Source: Adineta vaga
Lineage: Eukaryota; Animalia; Rotifera
Direction of reading: 5' to 3'
Assembly (NCBI GenBank): GCA_021613535.1
Contig: CP075492.1
Span: forward strand, 17,856,001-17,920,000
DNA length: 64,000 bases
Shown here: in pieces, positions 51,115-64,000 of the stretch
How the letters are laid out: every line of letters starts with the position of its first letter
How positions within the stretch are numbered: the stretch's first letter is position 1
Made by a program: the position numbers and the translations under genes
The notes under the pieces: model-generated
What the model was told of the DNA's origin: nothing
The model's database searches: none
What the model saw: the letters and a program-made list of their open reading frames with translations, nothing else

Positions 51115-52106
51115 CTATTTTTCTATCTCGAAGATGTAGATGTGTAGATGGGGGGGGGGGTCTAAATACAATAGTTTCGATGAAGGGTACCTCGAATATT
51201 TGTAAATTGATCTATGTCGGCAGATAGTGAACGACACAGACCACGAGATATTAGGTTCAATGTGCCTTGTATGTTTTAGTTCCTCAGTATTCTCAATTTT
51301 TCCAATAAGTCCGCTTTTTTTATTGTTGTCTATAGACGTACGAAAAATAACGAGTGCCGCCATTTTTTTTTCTATGGATATATCTGCGTCCTCTGCCGCA
51401 AAACATCACGAAAATATTTAGATTTGTATTTAAAAAAAAAGACTTTTTCTTATTTTGACACGAAATGTTTTTATTGATTACAATGACCTTGTTTAAATAC
51501 AATAGTTTGATATGAATATTAGTTCAGACTCGAGAAAATTAGAAGTACGAAGAAAGAACCATTTGATTTGTTTAAACTTTCGCTTTATCTCGTTTAGTAG
51601 TCTCATTAACCTTTTGAATGGCTTTGTCAATAACTTTATCGACGACCTTTTCAATAGTTTTGTACAGAGCTTTGTGAATGACAGACCGTTGCATTGAAGA
51701 TATGTCGGGTGTTTTGGCATCGATTTTCGGTTGAACTTGTTGATTAACTTCATCGATTATTTCTTGTGTTTCATTTTTTTCAGGATAATCTGCATATGAG
51801 AGATTCTCATAAGATGCAGGTGATACTCGGCGCATCCCTTCAACAATACGTTTTTGCTCTGCCTAAATAATACCAAATCATTTCATTTTATTTGGAAACT
51901 TTTTTGACAGATACGCTGAAATCGAAACATGTATTATTCAATAAAGAATGAATTTAGTTTTTAAAGTATCGATTTTAAGTTATATTCAAAGGACTTAGCT
52001 GATAGTCTTTTATAATATGCTTGATCGATTCATTGGCGACTTCTTCGATTTCCTCGGTGTCGGATGGATCGATCGGTGAAGCCCCATTACAAAGGTTTGC
52101 TCCCAT
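51115..52106 (-). pseudogene. Small multi-exon protein with MG...C N-terminus, apparently disrupted
   Basis: MGANLCNGASPIDPSDTEEIEEV... with an early stop; helical exon 51572-51860; short introns. Confidence 0.35.
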
Positions 52107-52420
52107 ATATATGTTTTCAGTAGAAATATAAAAGAAATTGAGACGTCAAATACGTAAATGAATGTGTGAAATGAAGGATGTGAAAGACTTAAATAACAAT
52201 TTTTCCGAGACTATTTGCTTACGTAGTATCTGTGGGATTTTTTTCTTCTTCTATTTGTATATCAATATTTGTTCGGAAGTGTCCCCCACATAGAGTCTTG
52301 TATTAGTTAACGGTGAATGATCGAAGGAATTCTTCCGGGAGGAAAATGAAAGTAAATATTCGTGTACTTTTCTTAGTTTTTTTCCAACTACGCTTAGCAT
52401 ACAATGACTTCAAATGAGAG

Positions 52421-52511
52421 TGTAGGTGATGATTTGGTGTGGATAATGATGTAGTACCCCTTCCCCTTTGGATTACCCACACCCACACCCTCACACGTAC
52501 ACGCACACCCG
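52421..52511. repeat. Telomere-like tract (weak G arm, C arm)
   Basis: TGTAGGTG..GGTGTGG...ACCCACACCCACACCCTCACACGTACACGCACACCC. Confidence 0.8.
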
Positions 52512-52738
52512 CTTTACTTCGAACCGACCTTTCTTGAGACAGAGGAAAAATACGATAACAGAAATCTAGATGACAGCTTTTCACTTTTAACATTTTTCAA
52601 AGATGGCTTTCATTCTCGGCATTGCTTTAGAAAACGTAAAATGTCAAGCATTTAGTAAGCGGAGAAGTTGCAAAACAAAATTTAGAGGAAAAATTGTATG
52701 TAGGTGAATGTTCTTGTCTGCTTAATATTCGTGGCGTA

Positions 52739-55700
52739 TCATTCACATTTACTTAAAGCCAGATCCTCCGTTCCAATACGAGCTTTACTGAGGAATATGT
52801 CTTGAAAACCGTCACCGTTAAAGTCACCGAATGCGGCTGATGCTGCCATATAATACTCGTCGGATGAAAATGCTGTTTGTGTTTGAAAATTGCCCTCTCC
52901 ATCTCCAGCTAAGAAATTCATTTTGGGCATAATGTTGTCAAAACCGATGTCTAAATAACGATCGCCATTGAAATCGCCGACGAATATCTGCATGTCTAGC
53001 GTATCATTTCTTAATTGCAGTCTCTTGCTGTCACCTACCGTCCCATTACCATATCCAAACAGCACTTTAATGAAACTTTGACGACGAAAGGTCACAACGA
53101 TATCTAGAAAAGTGTCACGGTTGAAATCACCGATACCAAAATGGTACGGATCGTAACGACCGCCACTAAAAGATGTTTGTTGCTCTTTAAAAGTACCATT
53201 GCCATGATTAAGCCATATACCAATATTTCGACCATATATATTAATGACAACGATATCTTGATGTCCATCACAATTGAAGTCAGCAACAGCAACACCTCCT
53301 GGACCGCTATGAACCCCTGTATAAAGCTTCGTCGGTTTTAAAAAACTTCCGTCGCCGTTTCCAAAGAACACATTAACAGTATTGTCACCAGCATTTATAG
53401 TAATGATATCTAAATATTTGTCAGCATTGAGTTCACCGACAGCTATTGTTATCAATCCATAATAATAACTGTTAGCGTTGAATACAGCTGTCTCTCTAAA
53501 ACGTCCGTGACCGTTTCCGAGTAGAATGTGCACAGTACCTAGTGTAAAGCTAGTAACCGCAACATCAAGTTTATTGTCGTTGTTAAAATTGCCTATAGCT
53601 ATACTGCTCACGTCGGGAGAATAAATTGATGAAGACATCAATGCTCTAAAAGTTCCGATACCACTGCCGAGTAACACATGCATATAGTGAACGTCAGGAA
53701 AGGCCACATCGAGCCAACCATCACCGTCAAAATCAGCAACAGCGCGTACGATTGCGGAACTTACAGAAGCAGGTGGTCTTTCCACAGGTATTATTTGGTA
53801 TTTTAATGAGCAAGTCGGTTCTAATGAGAAGAAAAAAGGATCTATCTCAAGTCCCCAAGAAAAAATATAACGGAGAAGTAAGAAATCAGACCATTTGTTC
53901 TCTTGATGGTGGGCGGGAGTAAATATCAGACTGAGAGCGCAAGAGGTATTACACGAAACTATTATTGACATATATATTGAACATTAGTATTCTTGTATCC
54001 GGAGAACTTTAGAGAAGGAGCAGGATTTTAGGATATAGAAACCTTTCATAATTTATTTATATAATTAACGTGGCAGATGAAACAATGAGAAGGATCTCAA
54101 TCTACTCACTTTGGGTAGTCCTGGTTGTTCTGATCATACTTGCTGATGAACTAGTAATGACATTGGTTATTGTATCTGTTGATGCATCCGTAGTAGCAGT
54201 TGTTGTTGTTGAATAAGCTAATCAAGATATATGTGTTAAATAATACAAAAAAGACATGCATCAACAGAGTTACCGTACCTACTAGGTGTGTACTGAGTCC
54301 GAATGGGATTCGACGATTCGGATACATCTCTTGTAGCAAAACTCATTATGTATATAGGTATCCGACGTGTGTAGCCTTGTCTTGGTTAAGTATTTTCAAG
54401 GGCGAAAGAAGAATAGGTAGTAGTGTATTCAGTGTAAAGCAGCGCACTCTTTTCCAAAATGAAAAAACTTCAATAGATCAGTGAAGCAAGCATAAAGACC
54501 TAGTGCATACTCTAACTCGATCACCACTTACAGCAATTTTCTGAGAACTGTCGTAAGCGATAATTGAATTAGGACTAGGTACTATATAAAAGAACGATTA
54601 TCATTCATAAACAGTCGTTTTTGTATAAATCTTAGATACTGTCAAGGAAAATCATTTATTCATATGTTAGTTGTTTTTTCTTCATGTTTATTTCATTTGT
54701 CAAATCAAAGATTTCGGTGATTGATTCTATGGCATTCTTTTTCATTATGTATTATTTGAAAACATTTTGAAGATTTATCTCTTCCTCGTCAGTGTATGTA
54801 CATTTAGATTTACTTTGACATCTTGAAATGGAAGATGCACATGTGTGTTTCCCCTTCAGTATTACCGTCCTGCCATTCCACTTTACTATTAGAGGGAGAA
54901 GGAAAAGAGAAAAGAGATGTGCATGCATGCATGTATGTAATATATTCAGGATGCACACGTAAAGCTAACTGGAAATGAACTGACAATGGAGATACAAATC
55001 TGCGAGACATTTTTGCATAATACATAATACATAAAAATGTCATTGAGTTGGTGTGATTGTAACATTTGCTTTTGCGAATAAAATAAACACACAAAGAAAG
55101 AAACATCTAGTTTACGCATGAGCCCTTCCCGACCCAAACTGTATTGTTCATGATTTACTGTTAAGTCTTACACATTGTAGCGATCTGTTGAAAAATGTAT
55201 CACTATTTAGTAAACTGAACAAACTGATGTTCTCCTATCATATTTTACTATGCACACTAGGTTTAAACCGAATCCGAACGGCCGACGCGGCTTGATTTTT
55301 AAATGGACTAGTTTCATTTTTTAGTTGACAAATACAAATTCCAACCGAGATTCAAATTCGGTGCATACCTAATAATTTGCATTCGTAGAGAACTTGTCCT
55401 CAAGTTCCCGTCTAGTTCAATATTAAACTGATTTTATACTTTGGATTCTATGAAACTAATAAAAAAAAATTAGAGCGAATGCTAATGGATACAACATTCG
55501 ATGTCGAAAGCGGATCTTTAGGATTAGAGAAAATATTGCAGAAAAAGCTTCATACCTCTTGACAAAATTTGATTCTTATTTTGTCGAATAATATTGATAA
55601 AAACGGTGATAAGTGGTGCTGTCATACATAGGAACAGTGCACATATGAAGATAATTTTCCACGCATATCGAGTTGATAAGACGGAATTGGCCCTAAAAGA

Positions 55701-58700
55701 AGATTTTGAATATGATGTACAAATGACTGTTGAAAGATCATACTGAGATGTGATATTCATGGATGGTAGTACAGCGTTTGAACTTGGATTGATAATATCT
55801 CTGATGATATTTTCAATGGGTACTGTTTGAATAAAACTAATAGGTTGGACAATATTTCTTCGTTTCTTTCGGTATTGATAGATTTTGTTTATAATTCGAA
55901 TCATTTTGGGGCAAATCCATTTAAGAACAGTAGCGAGACCACCTTGCAGACCAAGTAGAACAATCGTTGTATGGAATATATTGTACTGAGGACGATAAGT
56001 ATACGAACATATGTAAGGTAAGCATTGCTCAAAATAGGATGAATAATTAATGATAGGTATCCATTGTTCAACGAATAGATCATTGATAAGTTCGTTAATA
56101 GTTGTCCGAATTGAGAATCGGCTCTTTGCTGTCGAAAGAGAATGCCAAGAGTGTGTAAGATTCATTGAGCTTGTATAGTGTTGAATCTGATGAATGCATG
56201 CTTGATCATAGAAACATTCAAGAGTCGAAGCAAGAAATGATTCGCTTGGTGTACAACCCATTTTTAAACCTTTGAGTGGAATTGTTTTAGGAGATTTTGT
56301 CTCAATAAAATTTGCTTGAATAGTACAATTCGCAAATAATCCGCATGAGCAGTCATCATCATAGCGGAAAGCTTCGGTAGGTGCATAAGTCATAGATAAA
56401 CTTTGCCAAGGAATAACATATTCGTAATTTGTTCCATAAGTAGATATAAAAGCATTTCCATGATTGATATTTCGAATTAAAAACAGAAGACGAGCAAATG
56501 TTTTTGGAGCGTCTGATTTATTGTGCTCGATTATCATATGAACATATTCACGAAAATCGCTTTCGGATAATAGCTCATTAGTAATAAGCAATGAAGACAG
56601 AAATCGTTGAATAGAGATATTTATGGTATTGTTGGAAAGTTCACATAAACCAGTAAGAAATTGTAAATGTGCAGTGAGAAAACGACGATAGTCTTTTTGT
56701 ACATAAGCAGAAAGATTGGAAACAAGATTACTCGTAAGAGTAATTAGACCTTCTTTTGAAGCGAACGGACTGGAACAGATCTTGAAATTTAAAAAGAATA
56801 TTTTATGAAAGCAAGAAGTAGGCATGAGCGTACTGAGATCTGAGCGAATGAGGCGCAGTGACTACTCGTTACGAAATTTCCTATTATCACGGCGTTCCTG
56901 TTGTCTTTAGGTTTTGCCTTGAAAATAATGAAGGAATCACATATGTCTAGGATATGCTGTCTGAAATAAGAAGTCTTGTGCAATATAACTACTCATACAG
57001 TAAATCTTTTATTCTCCATATTCTCTTTTGAAAACCTACTTAAGTCGCATCAGTTCTTAGATGAGATTCATTTATAATTTTTTTTTCTTTTTCTTCTTAC
57101 CTCATGAAACGTTACTTTTAGTTTGATAGATTGATTGTATGTTGTTGCTATCGATGAACATGAACATTTCAATTCATTGTGATATTGTTCAAAAAGGTGA
57201 TTGTAGAAATTGAAAGACGGTCTCTCGAAGGTTTTTGTAAACGCTTCAGGTAGAAAAATATTATGAATGCCCAGAGCAGCAAGACTTATAATAAATAACG
57301 TCACATAGAGACGCGTAGCCCATTGGCCAAGACGTTTAGCTTGCATCCGATCAATATCACTGCCAAAATCTCGTACAAAGAACATATTGAAGTTCGTCAG
57401 ATTTGTGTATAAAAATGTGATTAGTTTCTTCATGTGCACTTGCAATTGCATAAATCCCCTGAGCGAAACTATAGAGAAAAATATGAATAGTATATTTTAT
57501 TTTTTTTATCGGATAGACAATCTGAACAGGGTGTGGGTGTGGGTAAAAGCATAGGCGGCGGAAGCGGGAGGTGGGAGGGCTGAAGCACCCAACTTTGATA
57601 AAATGGACGAAACACCTTTTTCCTCAGCAGAATCTTACGAGATAACAATATGAGCCTGTAGTGTTTGAAAGATCCTATGTGGCACCTAAAACAACGCTTT
57701 ATTGATTCGAGTGGTTTTGTGGAAAACTGTAAGCTGTCTGAAATGTCTTTGCATCGAAAGCTATGCTTTTACATTCAAGATATAGAAAAGGCGCTAGAAA
57801 GCACTTGAATAAGTAGTTTTTCATCGGCAAGTATTAGCGTCAGAAAGCCGTACTTGTATTTTTTTCCTTGAGAAAGTACAGAAAGTGAAAGTATTTATAT
57901 TTTTGTTCCACCTATTTTCTAGAGATTTGATCTACGATTACCTCTTTGTTGCCACTGTTGCTGTTCCTGCTCGTTTTTATTGCGAATTCTTCTCCATAAA
58001 TAAAAGGTAAATTTAACCAGTTGAGGTGCAATTATTCTCAATGAGAGAACAAGACCACCAAACAAGGACAGCAATGTTATCATCATTTCGGCAATAGTTT
58101 TCCTCCTCATTCTTTCAAGATAACTGCAATGGGTTGGTGCGCATGAATTATAAAACCGATCATACGAATAAGATGGATTCCATTTTTCTATCATCATTTT
58201 TTCAATTATTGTTCCAATAGATGTGTTGGGGGGAAAACCAGTCAGTGTTGGATCATAAATAAGAGAACGAACGTCGAACCATTGTGGATACTCGACATTA
58301 TACAAATATGCTGTTTTACTATAATTCATCAAAATTGGTAAACAATCGGAATTCGAATAATAGCATTCAAGTGTCGAACTGAGTAGCGAATCTGTAGTCG
58401 AGCATCCTGCAATTAAGCCTGGTACCGTATAGCGCTTCACATATGTTGGATGAGAATGTAAGGTTTGTTCAGCATCATATATATTAATGGGCTGTTTACA
58501 ATTGGAATTAGTAGCACAAGTACAGTTCGAAGATATCGATTCGACATCGCGTGGTCCGGTCAGCCGAAATTTTACCTGTGAATGAAGGTTTATATTTTGA
58601 TCATCAGTCTTGTACGTGTCATATGCGAAATACATATTGTGATCAAGAGAAGAAAAAAAGATCAATTAGAATATTTAGTCCTAATTCGATCCCTAATTTT

Positions 58701-61700
58701 AGTAGTGTCCAAAAAAACGGCTCAAACATTTGTTCAGTGACGTCCAGTGCAACTGATTATCTTCTCCGAAACAAAGCAATCGACGGTACACATTTTGACC
58801 GATTTGTTTCTGGAATGATAACTTTTCTTCGATGAGTGGTTATCGTTAAAAGAATTCGAAGTTTCCACCCGTTTCTCTTCTGAGCGTACTCAGTTGATGA
58901 TCATACTAGTCGTTTTTTGTCTTAATTCCTTCAACTGTAAGGAGGGTTATATAAAAAAATAGTTTCGACATAGCACAAGACCGAAACATGCAGTTATTGT
59001 TATGGTATACATATGGGCACAACAGTAAGTCAGTGACTCCATTTTCATGTGAGTTCTCGGAATGAAGAAGATAAAAATGACTCGTTGATATTTTAGGCCA
59101 AGAAAGAAAAGTGACAAATCTGACTGTTTCTGTTAGTATCCAAGATAACATACGCATAGTATTTTGGGTATATATCATTCCTGTATGCATCACAATCTTC
59201 TCAGCTTTGAGATATTAATGAGACGGCTTCTATAATTTTTGGAAAGCCTTATATAGTATGTATAAACAGAAATTCATGGAAAAGTGCTGAACGTCTCATA
59301 GAGGTTGAAATCGGTTTCAGTACTTGAACTTCTATTTTTCAAAAATATTTAGCATTTCACGTTATTCGATTATACAACATGAAATTTGTTTTCCGAAGTT
59401 ATGACTTTTCGAACACATTTCAATTGAATGTTTTAGAAAAAGACGGATGTAGACTTATAAATATTAGCCAAACTTCTCAAATTCAGTTTGTTTTTGATAA
59501 ATGAAAGTCTTTACTAAAATAGACCACTGAATAATAAAGGCAACTTCACACCCCGAACACCTTTATGAATAAAAAAAGTAAGTGCATAAGATTCATAGTG
59601 GAATTTTCGACGAATTCGTTATTATCTGTATCCTATGTCTGTCTTTAAAACTGTAAATAATCGATCGCCTTTAAATGTCAAAAATTGTCGATATACCGAT
59701 ACTTGCACATACATACTTTCTAACTGATAGAATTCACACGATTTGTATTCATTTAAACTAAATATTATCAACTGTAGATAAAAATACCTGTGACATTATG
59801 ACATTGTTGCTTGTATTCATTATGAATGTTCCAAGTGGATTATCATTTTCAATCAATGGCTTATCACTTCCAATTGGTCCAAAATAAGGCTGATCGATTT
59901 GAGTTAGAATTTGCTCTGTTTTGATAAGACTTCCAAAATAATCTGTTGTTGATTGAAAAAATTGATTAAGAGTTGCATTTAACTGTTTATTGAAATTGAA
60001 TTCAGCCATTATATTTGAAGTTATAAAAGGTTGTAAAAGGAAACGATGAACAGTATCATCAATCGTTGCATTGGCCAACTTACAATAATCAGATAATAAC
60101 TGAAACTGTGAAGAGGCTATATTACGCCAATCAGGAGATTTTAATACCGTTTTGATTTGTTTCAGTAGCAAAATCCATCGATTCGTGACAAAATCACTCG
60201 AACATACTTGATGTAAAATAGGAGATAATGACATGAACGTTTTATAAGATATTATCTTGTTAGAACATGGACATTTGAGTGTTTTGACATGCTTGATTTG
60301 TAATTCATTATAAATAGATAACGACGGATACGGTTCACTTTTTTTTATCATCTCAATACTCCACGAAGTGTAGGCAAAAAAAAGTAAAAGTGAGCCTAGA
60401 AGTACAAAGGAAACCCTGAAAGATGTAGACAATGAGAAATTTAAAACATTAGTTTTTCCATCGTTCCCCAAACAAAAATGGCTTGTATTTAAATGATCAG
60501 TATTTTATTGTGAATGATCAGTATTTTTTTCATCAAATGATCAGTATTTTTTGATCAGTAAAAATATGTTTTTTGATCAGTAAATTATTCGAAATACCAG
60601 TAAACATATCAAAATATGATCAGTATATTATTTAATTCTGATCAGTAGATATATATTTTTCGATCGGCAATTTAATCATTTGATCAGTAATTTATTCATT
60701 TGATCAGTAATTTATTCATTTGATCAGTAATTTATTCATTTGATCAGTAAAATAATTAAGATATCAGTATAAAATCTTCTTTGTTCAGTAAATTATAGTA
60801 TTTTTACCAGTATTCGTCTTTCTATAACATCCCTCGATCCTCGCATAGATCTTGAGGATGTGTAGGTGTTGGTGTGGGCAAGAGTGAGATTATTGTATCA
60901 ATTAATTACTGACACCCTCAACCTCGCCTTCACTGATCCACACCTACACACATCCATCCCTCACCCTCATCCCCGCACCCTCACCCTCACCCACACCCAC
61001 CCTCACACCCTCACCCTCACAGATGTAATATCTGGAAAGTAGGTGAACATATATGTAATACTCGAGGGATGCTATAGAAAGACGAATACTGGTAAAAATA
61101 CCATTATTTACTGAACAAACCAAATTTTATACTGATATTTTAATTATTATACTGATCAAGTGAATAAAGTACTGGTCAGATGAATAAGTTACTGATCAAA
61201 TGAATAGATTACTGATCAAATGAATAAGCTACTGATCAAATTATTAAATTACTTATCAAACGAATAAGATACTGATCATTTGCATTTAATACTGATCAAA
61301 TTTTACTGATCATTCATAATAAAATACTGATCATTTAATTTGTAGCCAACAAAAATTAGAGCAAATTTAGAGAAACTCGTTTTTCTCAAAAAATGCCGCG
61401 CTGTATCGATGCAAAACTTTCCATTCATTCTTTTTTCAGCAATACTGATAGAATACAGCTAGGCAAGCCGTACAATCGATCGGAACTGCAACACTCGCTG
61501 AACAGTGCCGCTTCGCATGGCGATGCGTCTCGTTTCGATACATCGGTTTTCTACTTAAATCTGATGTAAAGAGGCGGCATTATAAATATACATAGATGGG
61601 AATATGTGTGCAACAGAACGACCATAGTCACACTCTATTTTAACCCTTGTAGTACCAGCCGTTTTTAGGACTTGACTGCAATTGTTCTTCTAATTCAAAT

Positions 61701-63520
61701 TACGAGATTTTTAGATCTGACTTCATAGAGAACACGTCAAAACAATGTTCTTTTTAATTTCTACGAAAAATTAAAACTACATTTCAGATTTTGTTACTTT
61801 AAAAAATACATTCTCATTAACTTGATCAAACATACGGTGCAAAAGTCTTTGGACACATGTCAAACTGTTTTAGATCGCCTTGCTGACTTGTAAAACAATC
61901 AAACTATTTTTTATTGGAAAGACCAAAGTCTGAACTACAAATTTTGTACCAGGTATATTTTTCCAGAGCGAATCTGAGAAAGAAAAAAAGTGAAAAACCA
62001 AACACCTTTTAAAAAATGTCTTGCAACATTTCTGTAACTTGAGAAGTTTCTATTTCTCAATTATTTTGAGCTCCCTGTATCAAACTTGAACAAAGAATTC
62101 ATCAAAATATGTGAATATACGAATAATACTTCCACCCCTCTAAGCCATCAAAGAATCCAGAAGGACCCATTTCGCATAAGGACAAAGTACTTCAATAGTT
62201 TGCCCGATCAGACTGAAACTTATAGCAGTGACTACTGACTTATGGTTCTACAATTGCTCAAAGGTTCACGTGAAACTACCTTGCATTTCTAGGTGGTTCA
62301 AAATCGCTTCAAAACATTCCCCGTCCTCCAATACGAGTTTCCAAGGTGAAACGTTTTAAAGAAAATGATATGAAAAGTAAACATACCAGTTAATAGGACT
62401 AAATAGAGACGTGTACTAATCCTTTGTTGTTTTATGTCTTTTTCTGTTCGTTGACTGGCCGCTTTAAACAAATTTAAACGTTCCATAATTCGACCATATT
62501 TACGTAGAGGTGTCGTAACAGAACAAACTAGAAATTATATGCAAGTTACATAGAAGATGAAGCTATGTCTATTAAAATCAAAAGATACCTGCATTATTAT
62601 TTGCGGGTTTTGAGCGATATTTTAGCTTGACATAAATATTAATCAGCCACGGCGCAATTATTCGAAGGATAATAGTAAGACCACCATACAGACTAATGAA
62701 CCTAGTAGCTCCGTGAGAGAAATGCGTTAGTCCCCTCGCAGTGTATGTGCAAAACGCAGGAGCACATTTCATGAAATATTTCGAATAGTTCATTATTGCC
62801 GACCATTCTTCAATGAAAAGATCAGCTAAGTGATCATTTACGGATTTCTTCTCTTGCTTGAAAGATAGAGCAGACGCGTTCCATTCAGTATGCATCTAAA
62901 CAGACAAAAAATATGTCACAAAGATTGGCTAGTGTTATACATACTCGAGCAATGCCTGGAAATTTGTTCGCTAATAGTTGAAGACATCTTCTACTATACA
63001 AACAATCAAGTGTACTGCAGAGAAGAGCATCAAGAGGTATACATCCCGTAAAGAATCCATCAACTAATACTGAACTCGATTCGGGTTGAGACCATTCATA
63101 GCGTGGAAAATATGCACTGGGACTGAAAATTTCGAAAAATCCAGCTCTCGTTGTTGGATTTGTATTACTGCAGCCCATCGATTCTGGGTCCCAAGAGTCC
63201 AAGATAAAGTTGTTACTATATGCTATCTCTGTGCTGTAAAGTTTGTAATCATACCCTTGTCCAAGGATTGTCAAAAGGAAATTTGTATTCAAAGCCGAAA
63301 CTAAATAGTTAGCCCGCATTGTCGCTCGGAGATATTCCACGAATGAAACCATTTCAGTGGATGCACTGTTCTTGAAAAATGCAACAGTATTATTTACTCT
63401 ATATTGACTTTGAACTTTATCCAGAAGATAATCGTCGATAAAATCACTATTATCAAAATGAATTTGATTTTGAAAGACTGCATTTTGAGACAGTAAACAA
63501 AGACTAGCCAAAAGTTGAAA
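52739..63520 (-). CDS. Large multi-exon membrane protein: three tandem Cys-rich TM-flanked modules, Thr-rich stalk and C-terminal FG-GAP/VCBS repeats (5' end upstream of 63520, not resolved)
   Basis: Repeated motifs TRLY..L, C(P/S)CS, CSS.F, C(S/T)C, GC...STL.C.Y, E.W....Y..Y/F..C.P..C.Y and GGL...L in exons at about 62947-63520, 62589-62890, 62388-62510, 59788-60395, 57942-58576, 57103-57470 and 55556-56781. DFDGDGWLD/DFNGDG repeats at 52739-53820. Confidence 0.75.
57528..57544 (+). repeat. Telomere-like tract (G arm) in an intron
   Basis: AGGGTGTGGGTGTGGGT directly followed by a GC-rich TE-end-like sequence. Confidence 0.8.
60480..61347. mobile_element. Foldback/MULE-type non-autonomous element with 9-bp TSD
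   Basis: TSD AACAAAAAT at 60471-60479 and 61348-61356. Long inverted arms (60480-60837 and 61061-61347) are built from ~20-bp TGATCAGTA repeats. Confidence 0.9.
60849..61021. repeat. Paired telomere-like tract in the loop of the foldback element
   Basis: ATCTTGAGGATGTGTAGGTGTTGGTGTGGG...long C arm mixing CCCTCA and CCCACA units. Confidence 0.9.
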
Positions 63521-63714
63521 CTAAACAAAAGGAAAGTTAAATCAATTACTCATCATGTCAGACAATCAAGCACAGTGAATAATGAGAATGGTTGACAATG
63601 ATCCTTTATAAAAATCATAGAACGATGTTTCTATATATTTTACCTAAAAATAGTCGTAGTCTACGGCAGGACTGTCCATTGATGTAAAACTTGATTTTAC
63701 AGAATTATTAACTA

Positions 63715-64000
63715 CTAGCGGAGATACCCGCTACGTAGAGAACGCAATTCACATTTTCCATGTACAACAGTGCCCCTCTCTTCACGCCTCGGCAGATCTG
63801 CCTATTTTCAGACGCCCGCTGCAACTCATTCTGTAGTCCATAAACTTCACTTCAACTCCATCCAGGTAGAGCAGTGACTACACTCGCCCGCTTCGATGCG
63901 TCACAACAACACCCAGTTCTCCAAAGTGTCAGAGAAAAACGTGGAACTGCCAGTTTATCGACTCTGGATAAATTCTCACTCGATCTCCTTCCACGACCTT
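63715..64000 (-). mobile_element. Helitron-like 3' end
   Basis: Minus strand ends GCGGGTATCTCCGCTAG followed by T (hairpin plus CTAG); GC-richer sequence runs to the window edge. Confidence 0.45.

Noticed and set aside
60480-61347. CRISPR-like regular ~20-bp repeats
   Set aside because: No unique spacers; the repeats form inverted arms with a 9-bp TSD in a eukaryotic intron, and no cas genes are present.
61640-62300. piggyBac-like (TTAACCC) and Tc1-like terminal words in the intron
   Set aside because: Only single ends are visible, with no partner TIR or TSD.

Overview
AT-rich eukaryotic DNA with short GT-AG introns (about 50-60 nt). The gene families present (F-box-like, NHL, FG-GAP, R-S-E ADP-ribosyltransferases, orphan GPCRs, bacteria-like Kelch and TylF proteins) and the TGTGGG/TGAGGG repeats point to a bdelloid rotifer accessory or subtelomere-like region; this assignment is an inference. 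The window holds about 12 plausibly intact genes: two F-box-like genes, an ART, a divergent MACPF pair, an Apple-Thr-NHL gene, AIFM2/FSP1, a TylF methyltransferase and a large modular membrane/FG-GAP gene, among others. It also holds many gene fragments or pseudogenes (GCLC, VPS13, GPCRs, Kelch, ART-TPR, a CRESS-like Rep) and many transposon relics (MULE, foldback, HINE/Helentron-like, LTR/gag, piggyBac, Helitron, MITEs). The most striking signal is about 20 short telomere-like tracts, roughly one per 3 kb. Most are a G-rich arm, a unique AT-rich spacer and a C-rich arm, always in that order. They often carry a shared non-telomeric leader, (CTAAA)ATCTTGAGGGTG, of variable length, and several sit exactly where genes or transposons are cut mid-domain. 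They look like scars of a reverse-transcriptase/telomerase-assisted double-strand-break joining process, and they predict the template RNA sequence. Gene calls come from motif recognition only; no database search was run.
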